The notes beneath the pieces are model-generated. The model searched no databases. It was given only the letters and a program-made list of their open reading frames with translations, and was not told where the DNA came from. From contig CADBIY010000005.1 in assembly GCA_902794895.1 (NCBI GenBank), positions 1 through 64,000 on the forward strand: 64,000 nt of DNA. Direction: 5' to 3'. This DNA is from Candidatus Avelusimicrobium vaccinum (GTDB lineage: Bacteria; Elusimicrobiota; Elusimicrobia; Elusimicrobiales; Elusimicrobiaceae). Position 1 is the stretch's first letter; each line of letters begins with the position of its first letter. The position numbers and the translations under genes were made by a program. Below are positions 1 through 7,691 of the stretch, one piece after another.

Positions 1-1508
1 ATGGATTTCATAACAGTTTCTGCCGTAGTCTGGATAGGCGATAAAATTTTTCCGTCCTCATTAACTAATTTGTATTTTGAAAAGAGCATTTCCGGATTTT
101 TTTGAATATATGCATAATACAAATCTAAAAATCCCTTTAATTTAGCCACTGGCACTTCAATATATAATCCATCATTTCCCTGTTTCTTAGAGATGGGAAT
201 TGCTTGACCGGTTCGCTGAGTTATTTCCACTGTATAATCCACAAAAGCTTCCACATTTGCCCTGATTTGTTTCTTCCACGCAGCAATCTCTTGTTGTTTT
301 TGTTTTAAAACAGGATCTTCTGCTATTTGTTGTTTCGTAGCAGATTTTACCGAACGCAATAAATCCTCCGGAGGTTTGTTATATATAAAGGCGATATGCC
401 CAACTGTACCTTGAATATTCTTCGAAGTAAAATCCTGTATAATGATATCTTGCAGCACCTCCGACCGGACTTCCTGAAATAACGGTTTCAAATCGGCTCC
501 GCCCTGTAAAAGCGCAGACGAATCCATTTCAATTTCCCACAGAATCTGTCCATTATAATCCACTAACTTGATATATTGTCCTTGCGAGGGGCTATGCACT
601 AAAGGATACTTTGCAAGATCAACACGTGCTTGAAGTATTTTTCCGATAATTGACGGATTTCGGGAACTTTCTCCAAACGCCTGATACAAAGGAAGATTGA
701 AAACATCTCTTGCTTGTATTCCGTTAATGTCGCCAATCGGACCAATATTTTCAGTAAAGTGTTGCACGTATTGAGAATTGTTGCTAAACCGTCCCAAAAA
801 GGCTCCAAACTCCGGTTGTTGCTCCAACTCCAGCGCCGCTTGGTTCAAATCAGCCGCATAAGTAGAGTTCCCCGGATTTAATTCCCCGCGTTTTGCAGTG
901 ATCCAATGGTACAACTGGGTTTCTTTGCCTCCGCACAAAATTCCTAATGTTGCATCATCCAAGTTTAAAAGCACATGGCGGCCTAACAGCGCATCAATCA
1001 ACTGCGCCGGTTTTGGAAGCGCTCCTGCTACCACTGACGCAGCAGGCTGCTTAGTGCCTTGCAAATAAATGTTTCCATCCCCGGAAACAGAAAGTCCCTC
1101 CGGCCAGCGTTGCTGTACGCGCAGATTTGTTAAATTAGGAGTTGTTACCGGAGAGTTGTTGGGATTTTTAGTAATATTAAAATGAGTGGATGATCCGGTT
1201 TTCTTGACCTGTTCCGTTATATTTTTGTGAAGGTTTTCGGGAGCAAACATCCCTCCCTGGCCTAGCATAGGAACTACTGTATAACTAGGTGGTACGTACG
1301 GCTTACGTCCACTTACGGTTGTCCCAATTGGTGGAACCGGTGGCACAACTGGTGGCACAACTGGTTTCACAAGTCGTCTTGTTTGTCGAGTTGCCGCATT
1401 TCCGACCGCTTTTGTGGTACGCAACACCGTTGGTACCTGAGCTTGGGAAGTTGCCGGAATCAATACAGTTAACGTAAGTACACAAAATAAACGGATCAAA
1501 TTTTTCAT
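1..1508 (-). CDS. Exported hypothetical protein; 5' end complete, C-terminus runs off the left window edge
   Basis: Hand translation shows an open minus-strand frame from the ATG at 1508 with no stop before position 1. The N-terminus MKNLIRLFCVLTLTVLIPATSQA looks like a signal peptide and is followed by a Pro-rich KPVVPPVVPPVPP linker. It is absent from the ORF track because no stop lies in the window. No family recognised. Confidence 0.7.
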   Translation of the reverse strand, partial: MKNLIRLFCVLTLTVLIPATSQAQVPTVLRTTKAVGNAATRQTRRLVKPVVPPVVPPVPPIGTTVSGRKPYVPPSYTVVPMLGQGGMFAPENLHKNITEQVKKTGSSTHFNITKNPNNSPVTTPNLTNLRVQQRWPEGLSVSGDGNIYLQGTKQPAASVVAGALPKPAQLIDALLGRHVLLNLDDATLGILCGGKETQLYHWITAKRGELNPGNSTYAADLNQAALELEQQPEFGAFLGRFSNNSQYVQHFTENIGPIGDINGIQARDVFNLPLYQAFGESSRNPSIIGKILQARVDLAKYPLVHSPSQGQYIKLVDYNGQILWEIEMDSSALLQGGADLKPLFQEVRSEVLQDIIIQDFTSKNIQGTVGHIAFIYNKPPEDLLRSVKSATKQQIAEDPVLKQKQQEIAAWKKQIRANVEAFVDYTVEITQRTGQAIPISKKQGNDGLYIEVPVAKLKGFLDLYYAYIQKNPEMLFSKYKLVNEDGKILSPIQTTAETVMKS

Positions 1509-1610
1509 ATTCTACCTCGCCTATTACTCCTATTTTAGAGAATCTTCTATTTCCTTACAAGGGTCCAAGGGCCTACCAGGATAATAGGTCTTTTAGTATT
1601 TTTCAAAAAA

Positions 1611-2216
1611 TTATTTCCTGTCGGCTGGCACCGCCCCGGCAGCATTTAAAATTGCGGAGAAATCCGGCATTAATCCAGCTTGTCCTTGAGGAGGAGTGGC
1701 AGGTTTTCCACCTTTGGGAGTATTATTTCCCGAAGATTTTTTTTCAGTTTCGCCGGTTAACGCCCCCATATTTTGAACCATATTTTGCATACTTTGCAAT
1801 TGTTGCATAGCCGCAGCAGTCTGCGCCATATCTCCCGCTCCGGAGACTGTTTGAGTGGAGGCTTGTGTAGGAACCGGTTTTTCGGCTGCACCTGGTTTTG
1901 GCTGCAAATTTACGGCTTTTGAAACAACGCTCTCTGCTTGTACTTCTGTCGGGACCGATTGAAATTGGCTCACTCCTTCCCCAGCTTGATTTGTTTTAAC
2001 CGTTTGCGTTTGCACCCCCTGACTCCAATTTCGGCGTGCTCCATAACTTGTAAAACTTTTCGTCGGAGGAACAGACTTCTCAGTGGAGACGTTTCCCTCT
2101 TGAGAAGCCGTCTGCACTGTTCCAAAAGTAGCCTGTGCCTTACCCTTCACTTCATAGGCAGTCAAAAACACCGGCAACAACATAATAACAAAATACATCC
2201 ATAAAATTCTTTTCAT
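1611..2216 (-). CDS. Exported low-complexity (Q/T/A-rich) hypothetical protein
   Basis: 201-aa ORF with hydrophobic N-terminus MKRILWMYFVIMLLPVFLTA. The remainder is compositionally biased. Same strand as the preceding exported protein. Confidence 0.6.
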   Translation of the reverse strand: MKRILWMYFVIMLLPVFLTAYEVKGKAQATFGTVQTASQEGNVSTEKSVPPTKSFTSYGARRNWSQGVQTQTVKTNQAGEGVSQFQSVPTEVQAESVVSKAVNLQPKPGAAEKPVPTQASTQTVSGAGDMAQTAAAMQQLQSMQNMVQNMGALTGETEKKSSGNNTPKGGKPATPPQGQAGLMPDFSAILNAAGAVPADRK

Positions 2217-2331
2217 ACAATTGCCCCTCTATTTACCTTATATTTTATAGTATATTGTTCTCTAGAAATGTGTCAAGTTTTAAGTGCATATGCACCACTT
2301 TGCTTTTCAACTTTTTCATCCAGCCAAATTA

Positions 2332-2340
2332 TGCTACACT
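2332..2340 (+). promoter_or_regulatory. Extended -10 element TGCTACACT, 6 nt upstream of the ATG at 2347 (leaderless candidate)
   Basis: TGCTACACT-ATTAAC-ATG read directly. No SD between box and start. Confidence 0.45.
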
Positions 2341-2346
2341 ATTAAC

Positions 2347-3576
2347 ATGAACGGAAAACAAATCTACGACGTAATTATCGTAGGAGCAGGGGCCAGCGGC
2401 ATGTTGTGCGCGTTGGAATGCGCACGCCGGGGAAAACAAGTACTTTTAATCGAAAAAGAACCCATCCCCGGAAGAAAAATTTTAGCCAGCGGAAACGGAC
2501 GATGTAATTTAACTAACCGCCATGTTCGTCCGGCGTATTATCATGGAGATCCGGTATTACTTACCAAAGTCTTTGCCCAATTTTCTTTCGAAAACTGCCG
2601 GAATTATTTTGAAACACTGGGTGTAGTATTAACGGAAGAAAATCAAGGAAGATTTTTTCCGGCGACCGGAAAATCAACTGCAGTTGTAGAACCCCTAAAA
2701 ATTGCTTTGCAGGAAACAGGAGCCCAACTTTTACTTGGTGAAGAGGTAATCCGAATACGGCATAAACAAGATTTTACGGTAACCACCAAATCCGGGAAAA
2801 ACTTTTCCGCACATTATTTAGTACTTGCCTGCGGATCTTGTGCTTATCCGCAACTCAGCGGCACGCAAAGCGGATATATGCTGGCTAAGGAATTGGGCCT
2901 AACCGTCAATCCGCCAAAACCTGCATTAAGCGCCTTATGTATTAAAGAAAAAGCCCTTTCCCGATTAGCAGGCATTCGGAGTCAAGTCCTTTTACAAGTA
3001 TGGAAAAATGGGCAAGCAATTGATCAAGCGGAAGGAGAAGTTTTATTTACTAATTATGGCATCAGCGGCCCGGCCGCGCTGAATGTAAGCAGCAGCATAT
3101 CGCAAGAACTTGTCCATGGTAATGTGCCCATTACACTGAATTTTTTTCCGGCAATACATCCCTTCCAACCTTTTTTGGAAAACAGGTTGCATCAATTTGC
3201 AACCCGCAAGCCGAAAGATTTTTTAGCCGGCTTGCTACACGAAAATATAGCGAACTTGCTTATTGATTTTGTAGGTTTACGCAAAAACCTCCCCATGCAG
3301 CAACAACTTCCGCAAGCAATTCAAAAAATAGGGAACACCCTTACCCAGTGGCCCCTATCTGTAATTAGTTTGCGCCCTTGGAGCGAAAGCATGGTAGCCT
3401 GTGGGGGTGTAAAAACCAGCGAAATAAACTATAATACTTTTGAATCACTCCGCTGCAAAAAACTTTACATTACCGGAGAATTGTTAGATGTAAATGGAAA
3501 AAGCGGCGGTTTTAATTTACATTTTGCGTGGGCGAGCGGACTTATTGCAGCCCGGCATTTATCCGCAAAGGAGTAA
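2347..3576 (+). CDS. NAD(P)/FAD-dependent oxidoreductase, HI0933/BaiN-like flavoprotein family
   Basis: N-terminal Rossmann motif DVIIVGAGASGMLCA right after MNGKQIY. Length (~410 aa) and the C-terminal GELLDVNGKSGGFNL segment are typical of the family. Start moved from the track's 2284 to 2347 to fit the dinucleotide-binding fold and the adjacent -10 box. Confidence 0.8.
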   Translation: MNGKQIYDVIIVGAGASGMLCALECARRGKQVLLIEKEPIPGRKILASGNGRCNLTNRHVRPAYYHGDPVLLTKVFAQFSFENCRNYFETLGVVLTEENQGRFFPATGKSTAVVEPLKIALQETGAQLLLGEEVIRIRHKQDFTVTTKSGKNFSAHYLVLACGSCAYPQLSGTQSGYMLAKELGLTVNPPKPALSALCIKEKALSRLAGIRSQVLLQVWKNGQAIDQAEGEVLFTNYGISGPAALNVSSSISQELVHGNVPITLNFFPAIHPFQPFLENRLHQFATRKPKDFLAGLLHENIANLLIDFVGLRKNLPMQQQLPQAIQKIGNTLTQWPLSVISLRPWSESMVACGGVKTSEINYNTFESLRCKKLYITGELLDVNGKSGGFNLHFAWASGLIAARHLSAKE

Positions 3577-3578
3577 CT

Positions 3579-4250
3579 ATGGCAGAAATTATTCGTAAAA
3601 CAACAAGTTCACATGAAAAAAATCAAGTAGGATTTGTACGCACTTATTACGTGAACGGCAAAGAAGTTTATCAGGAAACGTTGAATAAAAATTTAGATAT
3701 TGAAAACCATTCCGGTGCGCTTCCTGACGGAACAGTTAAAGAATTTTTTGAAAACGGTAAAATTTATTTTGAATGCCAAGTAAAAAACGGTTTGCGTAAC
3801 GGATTATGCAAAATTTATTTTGATAACGGTAAAGTAAGTATTGAAAAATTTTATGAAAACGGCTTGTTACAGGGAAAAGCACGCGTCTTTCATCCAACCG
3901 GGAAATTATATAAAGAATTTTCGTATGTAGATGACGTACAAGACGGAAAGCAAATTAAATATTATCCGGACGGCAAGGTATTGGAAACGGCTGAATTTCG
4001 CAAAGGATATTTAAACGGGGTATGCAAAGTTTACACCCCCGACGGAGATTTACGTTCCGAATGCAACTACAAAAATGACAAATTGGTAGGTGATAAAATT
4101 ATTTATCATCCCAACGGAACTATCGCCTTAATTTCCCCCCACAAAGACGGAAAACCGAACGGAGTCACCAAAAAATTCAGCGACACCGGAGACTTAATGG
4201 AAGAATGGTTTTTTGAAGATGGAATCTTAACCTTAAAAAAAGCAAGATAG
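3579..4250 (+). CDS. MORN-variant (YwqK-like) repeat protein
   Basis: Repeated Y/F-x-NGK/DGK units (YYVNGKEVY, FENGKIYFE, YFDNGKVS, YYPDGKVL, YHPNGTI). The ATG at 3579 is preceded by AAAGGAG. The track's upstream extension overlaps the previous gene. Confidence 0.7.
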   Translation: MAEIIRKTTSSHEKNQVGFVRTYYVNGKEVYQETLNKNLDIENHSGALPDGTVKEFFENGKIYFECQVKNGLRNGLCKIYFDNGKVSIEKFYENGLLQGKARVFHPTGKLYKEFSYVDDVQDGKQIKYYPDGKVLETAEFRKGYLNGVCKVYTPDGDLRSECNYKNDKLVGDKIIYHPNGTIALISPHKDGKPNGVTKKFSDTGDLMEEWFFEDGILTLKKAR

Positions 4251-4269
4251 TAGTACCCAAATAAAAATT

Positions 4270-4568
4270 CCCCCCGCAAAGCGGGGGGTTCTCACAATAC
4301 GGGTATAAAGCCCTTGCCTACCAACCTAGGGCTTTGCTCCTTCCTAACGACCTATCACACTCGACTTTGCACACTTTCTTCTTGCTATTTTTAAACAAAG
4401 CGTCATTCCAAACTTGATTTGGAATCTTCCGCTTTTGTCGTTGCTGTTTCGTAACTACCACCACATTCGTCGAAGATCCTGAATCAAGTTCAGGATGACT
4501 TGATGATTTATTTTAATCGCTTAAATCTTAACGGAACCCCAGCCTAGCTGGGGGTTTTCACAATACAC
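4270..4568 (+). repeat. Intergenic structured repeat, copy A (core 4402-4499)
   Basis: Shares a near-identical ~140-nt block with 5361-5500 and 26800-26945. Bounded by the GC hairpin CCCCCCGCAAAGCGGGGGG + TTCTCACAATAC on the left and CCCCAGCCTAGCTGGGG + GTTTTCACAATAC on the right. Confidence 0.85.
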
Positions 4569-4574
4569 AAAAAA

Positions 4575-4595
4575 CCCTCCGTATGAAACGGAGGG
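4575..4595. terminator. Bidirectional intrinsic terminator hairpin downstream of the pilin-like gene
   Basis: AAAAAA-CCCTCCG-TATGAAA-CGGAGGG-TTTTT. Confidence 0.7.
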
Positions 4596-4623
4596 TTTTT
4601 AATTGCTTGACCACACCATCCCA

Positions 4624-5121
4624 TTAAAAAGGATACCAAGTTGTACCGCCTTCCACTCTTGTCTGCGGCGAATTGGTATCGGCTCCCACTTTCGTACAGA
4701 CCGCTGCTGATTGAAAAGAATAACAATATCTTCTTCCATCATCGGTGAAAACCAATGTATAGTCTCCAAACGGACTATTTCTGCGATACGCCGAAACATA
4801 ATTTGCGTTCCACATCATGCCATTGTAAATAACCCAATTGTTCGTTGCAAAGGAACTAGCGTGTCCTGTAGCAGAAGTACCATCCTCTGTAATAAAATCT
4901 AACGACAATTCTTCCCAATTATAATCACTGCGCTCCTCCATCTTTGCTATTTGAGCAGCTTTCATAAGACTTTGCAGCATACCCCAAGCTTCCGCTTGGC
5001 GGCTTTTTTCTACCGCTTTTTGATATTGCGGAAGTGCTACGCTCGCTAAAATACCGATAATTAACACCACTACAAGCAATTCTATCAAGGTAAAACCGCT
5101 TAAATTTTGATTTGTTTTCAT
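4624..5121 (-). CDS. Prepilin-type N-terminal cleavage/methylation domain protein (type IV pilin / pseudopilin-like)
   Basis: N-terminus MKTNQNLSG|[24 protein letters not shown] carries the G/FTLIE prepilin peptidase motif with Glu at +5. SD AAAGGAGGG upstream. Confidence 0.85.
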   Translation of the reverse strand: MKTNQNLSGFTLIELLVVVLIIGILASVALPQYQKAVEKSRQAEAWGMLQSLMKAAQIAKMEERSDYNWEELSLDFITEDGTSATGHASSFATNNWVIYNGMMWNANYVSAYRRNSPFGDYTLVFTDDGRRYCYSFQSAAVCTKVGADTNSPQTRVEGGTTWYPF

Positions 5122-5158
5122 AGGATGTATCCCTCCTTTTATATAACCTATAAATCAA

Positions 5159-5187
5159 AATTTATCAAAAAAAAAAAACCCAGTCAA
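5159..5187 (-). promoter_or_regulatory. Candidate sigma70-type promoter of the pilin-like gene, with a T12 homopolymer in the spacer
   Basis: Minus strand reads TTGACT-GGG-T12-GA-TAAATT: -35 at 5182-5187, a 17-nt spacer, -10 at 5159-5164. The A12 run on the plus strand is 5167-5178. Confidence 0.45.
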
Positions 5188-5224
5188 GCCCTTTTTAAAC
5201 AAATCCGCTTTACACAAAAAACAT

Positions 5225-5563
5225 CCCCCTGCAAAGCAGAGGTTTTTTCACAATACGGGTAAAACCGAAGCAAAGCGGAGTCCTGAAAATGTCTTTATTT
5301 TCCCCTAAGGGCTTAGACCCTTCTCAACGACCTGCCACGCTCAACTTCCCATGCTTGCTTCTTGCTGTTTTTAAACAAAGCGTCATTCCAAACTTGATTT
5401 GGAATCTTCCGCTTTTGCTGTTACTGTTTCGTAACTACCACAACATACGCGTTGAAGATCCTGAATCAAGTTCAGGATGACTTTATAATTTATCTTAACA
5501 ACCTGTTTATCGGTAGAACCTTAACGGAACCCCTACGCCTGGCTGGAGGGTTTCCCATACAAA
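5225..5563 (+). repeat. Intergenic structured repeat, copy B (core 5382-5481)
   Basis: Same orientation and architecture as copy A: left hairpin + TTTTTTCACAATACGGGTA, conserved core, right CTTAACGGAACCCC...GGGTTTCCCATAC. About 90% identity to copy A across the core block, estimated by eye. Confidence 0.85.
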
Positions 5564-5564
5564 C

Positions 5565-5595
5565 AAAAAGGGACCTCACAAAAGGTCCCTTTTTT
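5565..5595. terminator. Bidirectional intrinsic terminator
   Basis: AAAAA-GGGACCT-CACAAA-AGGTCCC-TTTTTT, immediately 3' of the minus-strand gene ending at 5613. Confidence 0.7.
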
Positions 5596-5612
5596 ATAAC
5601 AGCAACTTAAAT

Positions 5613-5879
5613 TTATTCTTCGTAATAATCACGCACAAAGAACACGATATAAGCCAGCCAGGTTCCTCCAAAAAATAACGAAAAACAGTACGAGAACCAC
5701 CATATTTTATCCAACGGGTTATAATCGGTTAATAAAGAATCCAGTAACAGAATACTTAAAATATAGGTAAGATAGATCCATATAATAGCCACAACGGCTT
5801 TCAATGCCGTATCTAATGTTCCCAAAATAATTCCTTTTTCTTGAAAAGGCTTAGCCAGAAATGTAATCAATCTTTGCAT
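5613..5879 (-). CDS. Small integral membrane protein, hypothetical
   Basis: 88-aa ORF with two or three hydrophobic spans (AVVAIIWIYLTYILSILLL, WWFSYCFSLFFGGTWLAYIVFFV). Confidence 0.55.
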   Translation of the reverse strand: MQRLITFLAKPFQEKGIILGTLDTALKAVVAIIWIYLTYILSILLLDSLLTDYNPLDKIWWFSYCFSLFFGGTWLAYIVFFVRDYYEE

Positions 5880-5902
5880 AGTATTTACGCTCCTCTCATG
5901 TA

Positions 5903-6634
5903 CTAATTAAGCGGGGCCGGAATCGGTGTGGCCGTTTCATCCGGGGTAATTCCTAATTCTTCATTTAATAAATCATCCTCATTGTCTGCAGATGACAATA
6001 ACGGATCATGCGTAAGCCCCGGCTCCTCTGTGGAGGTGGTTGTTACTACCGGTTGAGCAGGCTCTGCTTGCGGAGTTGCCGGCACAGAAGATTTCATGAT
6101 ACGATTGGGTTTATGCTGCCGCGCTTTCAACCCACGTACCTGTTGTTCCTGTGTTAAAGAAGTAGTGGTTGCAGTTTCTTTCGTCGGCTGGGTTAAGCGT
6201 GCAGGGGCTCTTTCCGTAACGGTTTTCTTGACCGATTCCGGATCCGTCATCTGCCGTTGCGCTTCCAATTCCTTTAAATAGGCTTGTTCTAAAGCGGCAC
6301 GTTCCTGTTCACTTAATGTATCATTTTTAAATGTCGGAAAACGTTGAGATCCCACATACTGGTGCTGGATGGACATTTTAGCATCTTTAAAATAACCGTT
6401 CTTAGCGGTAGGTGTTTGGACGGTTTCCGGCTGAGGTTCTTTAGAATATACTCCCGAATAAACCAGTTCCGGACCGGACACGGTTGCAGCCACGGAATCT
6501 TCTTCTGTCAAGCAATAAGTTACACGTTGGCGGGTAGTTGCTTTTTGGTGGCTATCTACCCGGGTTTCACAAGTGGAAGCAGCATAGGAGACCCCCGCTG
6601 CTATAAGAAATAAAAATGTAAGGATATTTTTCAT
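5903..6634 (-). CDS. Exported hypothetical protein
   Basis: 243-aa ORF with signal-like MKNILTFLFLIAAGVSYA and an SD GGAG upstream. T/Q/P/E-rich C-terminal half. No family recognised. Confidence 0.6.
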   Translation of the reverse strand: MKNILTFLFLIAAGVSYAASTCETRVDSHQKATTRQRVTYCLTEEDSVAATVSGPELVYSGVYSKEPQPETVQTPTAKNGYFKDAKMSIQHQYVGSQRFPTFKNDTLSEQERAALEQAYLKELEAQRQMTDPESVKKTVTERAPARLTQPTKETATTTSLTQEQQVRGLKARQHKPNRIMKSSVPATPQAEPAQPVVTTTSTEEPGLTHDPLLSSADNEDDLLNEELGITPDETATPIPAPLN

Positions 6635-6689
6635 AAGTACTCCGTACTATAATAATAGTACATTTTTTGGTATTTTGCACGCAAACCGT

Positions 6690-6715
6690 AAAAAAACCAT
6701 CCTTGGCGGATGGTT
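6690..6715 (-). terminator. Intrinsic terminator after tRNA(CAT)
   Basis: Minus strand reads AACCATCC-GCCAA-GGATGGTT followed by a T run. Confidence 0.65.
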
Positions 6716-6721
6716 TAAAAA

Positions 6722-6795
6722 TGTCACCGGGTGGGCTCGAACCACCGACCTATTCCTTATGAGAGAATCGCTCTAACCAACTGAGCTACGGTGAC
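6722..6795 (-). tRNA. tRNA with CAT anticodon (elongator Met, or Ile2 if lysidine-modified)
   Basis: Hand-folded cloverleaf: GTCACCG TA GCTC AGTTGGTTA GAGC G ATTCT CTCATAA GGAAT AGGTC GGTGG TTCGAGC CCACC CGGTGAC A. The 1:72 pair is G-C and the anticodon stem lacks three G-C pairs, so it is not an initiator. CCA is not encoded. Confidence 0.85.
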
Positions 6796-6812
6796 GTAAA
6801 TCTTATAGTTCT

Positions 6813-6821
6813 ATTATACCA
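6813..6821 (-). promoter_or_regulatory. Extended -10 TGGTATAAT upstream of tRNA(CAT)
   Basis: The minus strand reads TGGTATAAT; its 3' end lies 17 nt upstream of the first tRNA nucleotide at 6795. Confidence 0.45.
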
Positions 6822-6861
6822 AATCAACCGGATGCGTGCAAATTTTCTTTATTTACAACTT

Positions 6862-7467
6862 TTATTTTAACTTGGAGTATACTTCCAAGGTTTCCGGAAT
6901 ATTGCGTTGTTGTGCGCTGTTAAAATCTTTCTGTGCCGACACAGAATCCCCTAATTTTTCATAAACCACGCCCCGCGCAAAATACACTTCTCTCGCCGGG
7001 TATACACGAAGCACTGCGGAATAATCCGCAATCGCCTGTTGATATTGCCCAAGCATAAAGTATACCCCCGCCCGTGAAACAAAATTTTCCGGACGATCGG
7101 GTTTTAAGGCAATGGCTTTTTCAATGAATTGCAATGCTTCTTTATAATTCCCCTGACTGGCCAAGGCACTTCCTAGCGCCGTGTAAACATCTGCCTGATA
7201 GGGATTTTTTGAAAGCGCGTATTTAAAATCTTGTTCCGCTAAAGCAAATTCTCCGGCAAAAAAATGCGCGGTTCCACGTGCTACATAGGCTTCTACATTT
7301 TGAGGATTTAAAGCAATGGCATGATTATAAGCAGTTACAGCCTTGTCCGGATTTTCATCTTTTAAATACCCTTCGCCCCGGTTAATATATTCTGTGGATG
7401 TAGGCAACGAGGTACAGGCCCCCAATAAGCAACTTAAAAAAATGGCTCCAATTTTTTTCATAAACAC
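6862..7467 (-). CDS. TPR-repeat lipoprotein
   Basis: Lipobox-like LLGAC after a signal peptide. Repeated TPR-type A-x-x-x-Y/F-x-x-A-L-x-x-x-P units (AVTAYNHAIALNPQN, DFKYALSKNPYQ, FIEKAIALKPD). SD GGGAGG upstream. Confidence 0.8.
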   Translation of the reverse strand: MFMKKIGAIFLSCLLGACTSLPTSTEYINRGEGYLKDENPDKAVTAYNHAIALNPQNVEAYVARGTAHFFAGEFALAEQDFKYALSKNPYQADVYTALGSALASQGNYKEALQFIEKAIALKPDRPENFVSRAGVYFMLGQYQQAIADYSAVLRVYPAREVYFARGVVYEKLGDSVSAQKDFNSAQQRNIPETLEVYSKLK

Positions 7468-7609
7468 CTCCCTAACGTAGTTATTATACTAAAAAAAGTC
7501 CTATTGGATTCTAGGTACAAAAACATCTTGATACTAGGTCCAAAGGCCCTGGAGGACAGGGATAAAAACAAGTAAAGTATAAATATAATAGTACTCCATT
7601 TTATCCTAT

Positions 7610-7653
7610 ACCGCTGTAGTTCCAAACCCTGCTACAGCGGTTCCCTTTTTTAT
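7610..7653 (+). terminator. Orphan plus-strand intrinsic terminator with no upstream plus-strand gene
   Basis: ACCGCTGTAG-(11-nt loop)-CTACAGCGGT followed by TCCCTTTTTTAT. The reverse strand has no U-run. Confidence 0.55.
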
Positions 7654-7676
7654 ACGTTGGTTTTGCCGAAGTTAAA

Positions 7677-7685
7677 TGATACAAT
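7677..7685 (+). promoter_or_regulatory. Extended -10 TGATACAAT, 6 nt upstream of the ATG at 7692 (leaderless candidate)
   Basis: TGATACAAT-GAATAT-ATG read directly; no SD. Confidence 0.45.
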
Positions 7686-7691
7686 GAATAT

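Noticed and set aside
1562-1573. Shared motif GGTCCAARGGCC upstream of two exported-protein genes (1562-1573 and 7537-7548); possible regulator site
   Set aside because: There are only two occurrences of a 12-nt match with divergent flanks. This is too weak to separate from chance without genome-wide counts.
2284-2346. N-terminal extensions offered by the ORF track, for example 2284, 3528, 11209, 14717, 31607, 36504, 38389, 51115, 53967 and 62205
   Set aside because: In each case a downstream ATG matches the conserved protein N-terminus and has an SD or an adjacent -10 box. The extensions overlap upstream genes or run through promoters, terminators or leaders.
4402-4499. Possible self-cleaving ribozyme (hammerhead or twister type) in the four-way-junction core
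   Set aside because: Neither strand contains the hammerhead CUGANGA...GAAA core or any other ribozyme signature I know. CTTGATGA near 4499-4506 occurs only in copy A.
4544-5158. Additional ORFs overlapping the pilin-like gene on both strands (4544-4726, 4599-4799, 4711-4902, 4925-5158)
   Set aside because: They overlap a gene with an unambiguous prepilin signature, and they lack start contexts.
5289-5480. 63-aa ORF (and the 69-aa ORF at 26675-26884) lying inside the structured repeat copies; possible small hydrophobic peptide or toxin
   Set aside because: The reading frame is not conserved among copies. Copy A has no start codon after an in-frame TAA, and copy C is shifted by the octamer expansion. 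Differences between copies fall on first and second codon positions (TCG/CTG/CCG), so conservation is at nucleotide and structure level, not coding.
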